Source of the DNA: an uncultured delta proteobacterium
Lineage (GTDB): Bacteria > Myxococcota > Myxococcia > Myxococcales > Myxococcaceae
Direction of reading: 5' to 3'
DNA: 64,000 bases
Assembly: GCA_963796055.1 (NCBI GenBank)
Contig: CAWCKH010000001.1
Coordinates: forward strand, 256,001 to 320,000
Shown: piece by piece, positions 61,439 to 64,000 of the stretch
Layout: each line of letters starts with the position of its first letter
How positions within the stretch are numbered: the stretch's first letter is position 1
Made by a program: the position numbers and the translations under genes
Notes under the pieces: model-generated
The model's input: only the letters and a program-made list of their open reading frames with translations
The model's database searches: none
Told to the model about the DNA's origin: nothing

Positions 61439-64000
61439 ATGAAAGCGCGCGTTTCGTTGGCGGCAGCAGCATTGACCATCGCCGCCCTCGCACTAGGCCC
61501 GGGCTGTAAGGGCGACACGGGGCCACAGGGCCCACCTGGACCCCCCGGCGATGGAGGGGCCGGAGGGACGACCCTGATCACCATTCCGAGCAACTCGGAG
61601 ACCCCCACCAGCGAGTCCACCTCGAACTGGGCTTCGCTCGAGCCCAAGGTGACCGTCGAGAGCGTCACCATCAGCAGCCCGCCGGTGGTGAAGTTCAAGG
61701 TGACCAATTCCTCAGGCGTCCCGATCACGGGCCTGGGCAACACCTCGAAGAGCAGCACCGCCAGCGTCGCGGGCCTGACCAACCTCGCCTTCGCCATGGC
61801 CAAGCTGGTGCCGAGCGACAACGGTTCCCCCAGCCATTGGGTCAGCTACATCGTGACGACGGTGCCGAGTCTGACCGCGGACGGCGGCGTCGGGTCAGCT
61901 GCACCCACCCGGCCCAGCACCGACAACACCGGAAGCTTGGTGGACAACGGGGACGGGACCTACACCTATACCTTCTACCGGGACATCCCCAACATCAAAA
62001 CCCAGGTGGACGCGATGACCTTCACCGACCCCAACAAGAGGGAGGACCTGGGCGAACTGACCTACGAGTCGAGCAAGGTGCATCGGCTGACCATCGCGCT
62101 GTCGGGTAGCGCGCCCGGCACCGGTACCAACACCCCCACCGGCGTCCAGAACGTCCCCGGCGTGGTGCTGGAGAAGCCGGTGGAGGCCATCTACGACTTC
62201 ACGCCCTCCACGGGCACGGCCACGCCCTCGGGTCGAGACATGGTCACGACCGAGAACTGCAATACCTGTCACCAGGTCCTCGGCGGAATTCCGGGCGACA
62301 ATCCCGAGGCCTCCGGTGCGGGCTTCCACGGCGGAAATCGCAACGAGGTCCGCTACTGTGTCGTCTGCCACACCGAGCAGCGCAAGTTCGGGAGGACGGA
62401 CTCCACCTTCTCGAACTTGACCTTCCCGCTGCAGTCGGATGGCGGCGTCGCCTCGACGTATCGAGTCTATGACCGTGCGCTCGGCAACCTCCCGAACGAG
62501 ATCCACCACATTCACGCGGGCCCGCTCCTGGCACTCAAGACGTACAACTATGGCGGCGTGAACTTCAACGAGGTGCTCTACCCCCAGGACCTTCGAAATT
62601 GCACCAAGTGTCACAACCCTGAGAATCCTGCGACTCCACAAGCCAACAACTTCAATACAACTCCCAACCGGCTGGCCTGCGGTGGGTGCCACGACGGCAT
62701 CGACTTCGCGACCGGCAAGGGCGTGACCCTGGAGGACGCTGCCAAGGGGCTCACCTCTTCCGACAAGGGCGGGGGCCTTGCCCACGTCGCTGGGCAGCTG
62801 CCCGACGACTCGCTGTGCGCGTCGTGCCACGGTCCGGGCGGCCCCTTCGACGCCGACCTCGTCCACCGGCCGGTGACACCGCCCAATGACGACAACGCGC
62901 TCGTGGCACACCCGGACGGCGGCGCGGGGAACAACCAGACGAATGCGGCCTCGATCGCCTCCAACCCGGCTCGGCTGCCAGCCGGGGCGATCGCCGTCAG
63001 CTACGACCTCAAGAGCATCTCGCTGACCGGGAGCAACAGAAACCCGGTGGTGGTGTTCCGGCTGCTGCAGAACGGCGCCCGGAAGGACCTGAACGACGCC
63101 GGCACCTCGACAGAAATCTGGGACAACTTCATGGGGTCGCCGAGCTTCCAGTTCGTCTACGCGGTGCCGCAGGACGGGATCGACACTCCTTCCGATTTCA
63201 ACGTGGCCCCCAGCGCGTATTTGAGGACGGTCTGGGCCGGCAAGGGTGGAACGCTGAGCGGTCCCGACACCAATGGCTACTACACCGCTACGCTCACCGG
63301 GATCAGCATTCCCCCGAACGCGGTCATGCTCACCGGCGGGATCGGGTATTCGTACGGCCTCACCAGCACGCTGCCGCTGACACAGACCAACCTCGACACG
63401 TATCCGGTCTCACCCCCGACCGCGCTGAATACTGACGGCGGCGTGCTGGGCTGCACCAATCCCCCGAACTCGCAAACACCGAAGTGCGCGATGGGCGGCT
63501 TGATCGTCATTGCCCCCAGCGTCCAGAAGGTCGCGACCGGATTCACTGGCCGGCGGGCAATCGTCGAGGACAAGCGCTGCAACGCCTGCCACCAGGAGCT
63601 CGGCACGTTCACCGAGGATGCGTTCCATGCCGGACAGCGGAACGACGGGACGACCTGCTCGTGGTGCCACACGCCGAACAGGGCGAGCAGCGGGTGGTCG
63701 GCGGACTCCGTCTACTTCGTCCACGCCATTCACGCGGGTGCAAAGCGAACAACGGAATTCACCTGGCACGCCGAGAGTCCGACCTCGTCGTTCAAGGAGG
63801 TCGCGTACCCCGGCATCCTGAACTTCTGCGAGGGCTGCCACATCCCCGGCGCGTACAACTTCGCCAACTCCGACTCGGAGGCCCAGCAGCCGTTCCGGCT
63901 GTACCGGACGGTCGCGGCCGGCTCCTTCAGCGGCACGGCGGGCGATACGTACACCACCTACTCGGGCCCGACCTGCGCCACTGCGACCCAGTCGTCGCCC
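61439..64000 (+). CDS. OmcA/MtrC-family multiheme lipoprotein (runs off the right edge)
   Basis: Not in the ORF track. Translated by hand: MKARVSLAAAALTIAALALGPGCKGDTGPQGPPGPPG..., DNGDGTYTYTF, and CNTCH, CVVCH, CTKCH, CGGCH, CASCH, CNACH, CSWCH, CEGCH (8 hemes visible). Confidence 0.88.
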   Translation, partial: MKARVSLAAAALTIAALALGPGCKGDTGPQGPPGPPGDGGAGGTTLITIPSNSETPTSESTSNWASLEPKVTVESVTISSPPVVKFKVTNSSGVPITGLGNTSKSSTASVAGLTNLAFAMAKLVPSDNGSPSHWVSYIVTTVPSLTADGGVGSAAPTRPSTDNTGSLVDNGDGTYTYTFYRDIPNIKTQVDAMTFTDPNKREDLGELTYESSKVHRLTIALSGSAPGTGTNTPTGVQNVPGVVLEKPVEAIYDFTPSTGTATPSGRDMVTTENCNTCHQVLGGIPGDNPEASGAGFHGGNRNEVRYCVVCHTEQRKFGRTDSTFSNLTFPLQSDGGVASTYRVYDRALGNLPNEIHHIHAGPLLALKTYNYGGVNFNEVLYPQDLRNCTKCHNPENPATPQANNFNTTPNRLACGGCHDGIDFATGKGVTLEDAAKGLTSSDKGGGLAHVAGQLPDDSLCASCHGPGGPFDADLVHRPVTPPNDDNALVAHPDGGAGNNQTNAASIASNPARLPAGAIAVSYDLKSISLTGSNRNPVVVFRLLQNGARKDLNDAGTSTEIWDNFMGSPSFQFVYAVPQDGIDTPSDFNVAPSAYLRTVWAGKGGTLSGPDTNGYYTATLTGISIPPNAVMLTGGIGYSYGLTSTLPLTQTNLDTYPVSPPTALNTDGGVLGCTNPPNSQTPKCAMGGLIVIAPSVQKVATGFTGRRAIVEDKRCNACHQELGTFTEDAFHAGQRNDGTTCSWCHTPNRASSGWSADSVYFVHAIHAGAKRTTEFTWHAESPTSSFKEVAYPGILNFCEGCHIPGAYNFANSDSEAQQPFRLYRTVAAGSFSGTAGDTYTTYSGPTCATATQSSP

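Overview
High-GC bacterial chromosomal segment, most likely Myxococcota (inferred from a TIGR02266-type PilZ gene, myxobacterial-style Cys-rich and D-[AG]-G-rich secreted proteins, and overall gene content). The left two-thirds is mostly housekeeping and metabolic: rlmD-like methyltransferase, scoAB plus thiolase, rpsA, HMG-CoA lyase with a two-subunit B12 mutase carrying isobutyryl-CoA-mutase signature residues, a candidate ceramide operon (spt, two bCerS-like acyltransferases, one reductase) and fbaB. A 1.4-kb integrase-less islet is bracketed by a 61-bp duplication of the rpsA 3' end and lies next to a ~330-bp non-coding inverted-repeat element. A decayed island (ClC, VIT1, MarR, an internally deleted FAD monooxygenase, an integrase remnant) abuts tRNA-Ala(GGC). 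The right quarter (47.9 kb to the window end) is a dense multiheme cytochrome locus with at least 59 heme-binding motifs. It holds a Rieske/cytochrome b/nonaheme inner-membrane module, three tandem monoheme cytochromes, a porin plus two 13-heme proteins, and two OmcA/MtrC-like surface lipoproteins, one with three 4-Cys modules inserted among its hemes. Two genes in that locus are split by single-base frameshifts at G/C homopolymers. All product calls come from motif recognition by eye; no database searches were run.
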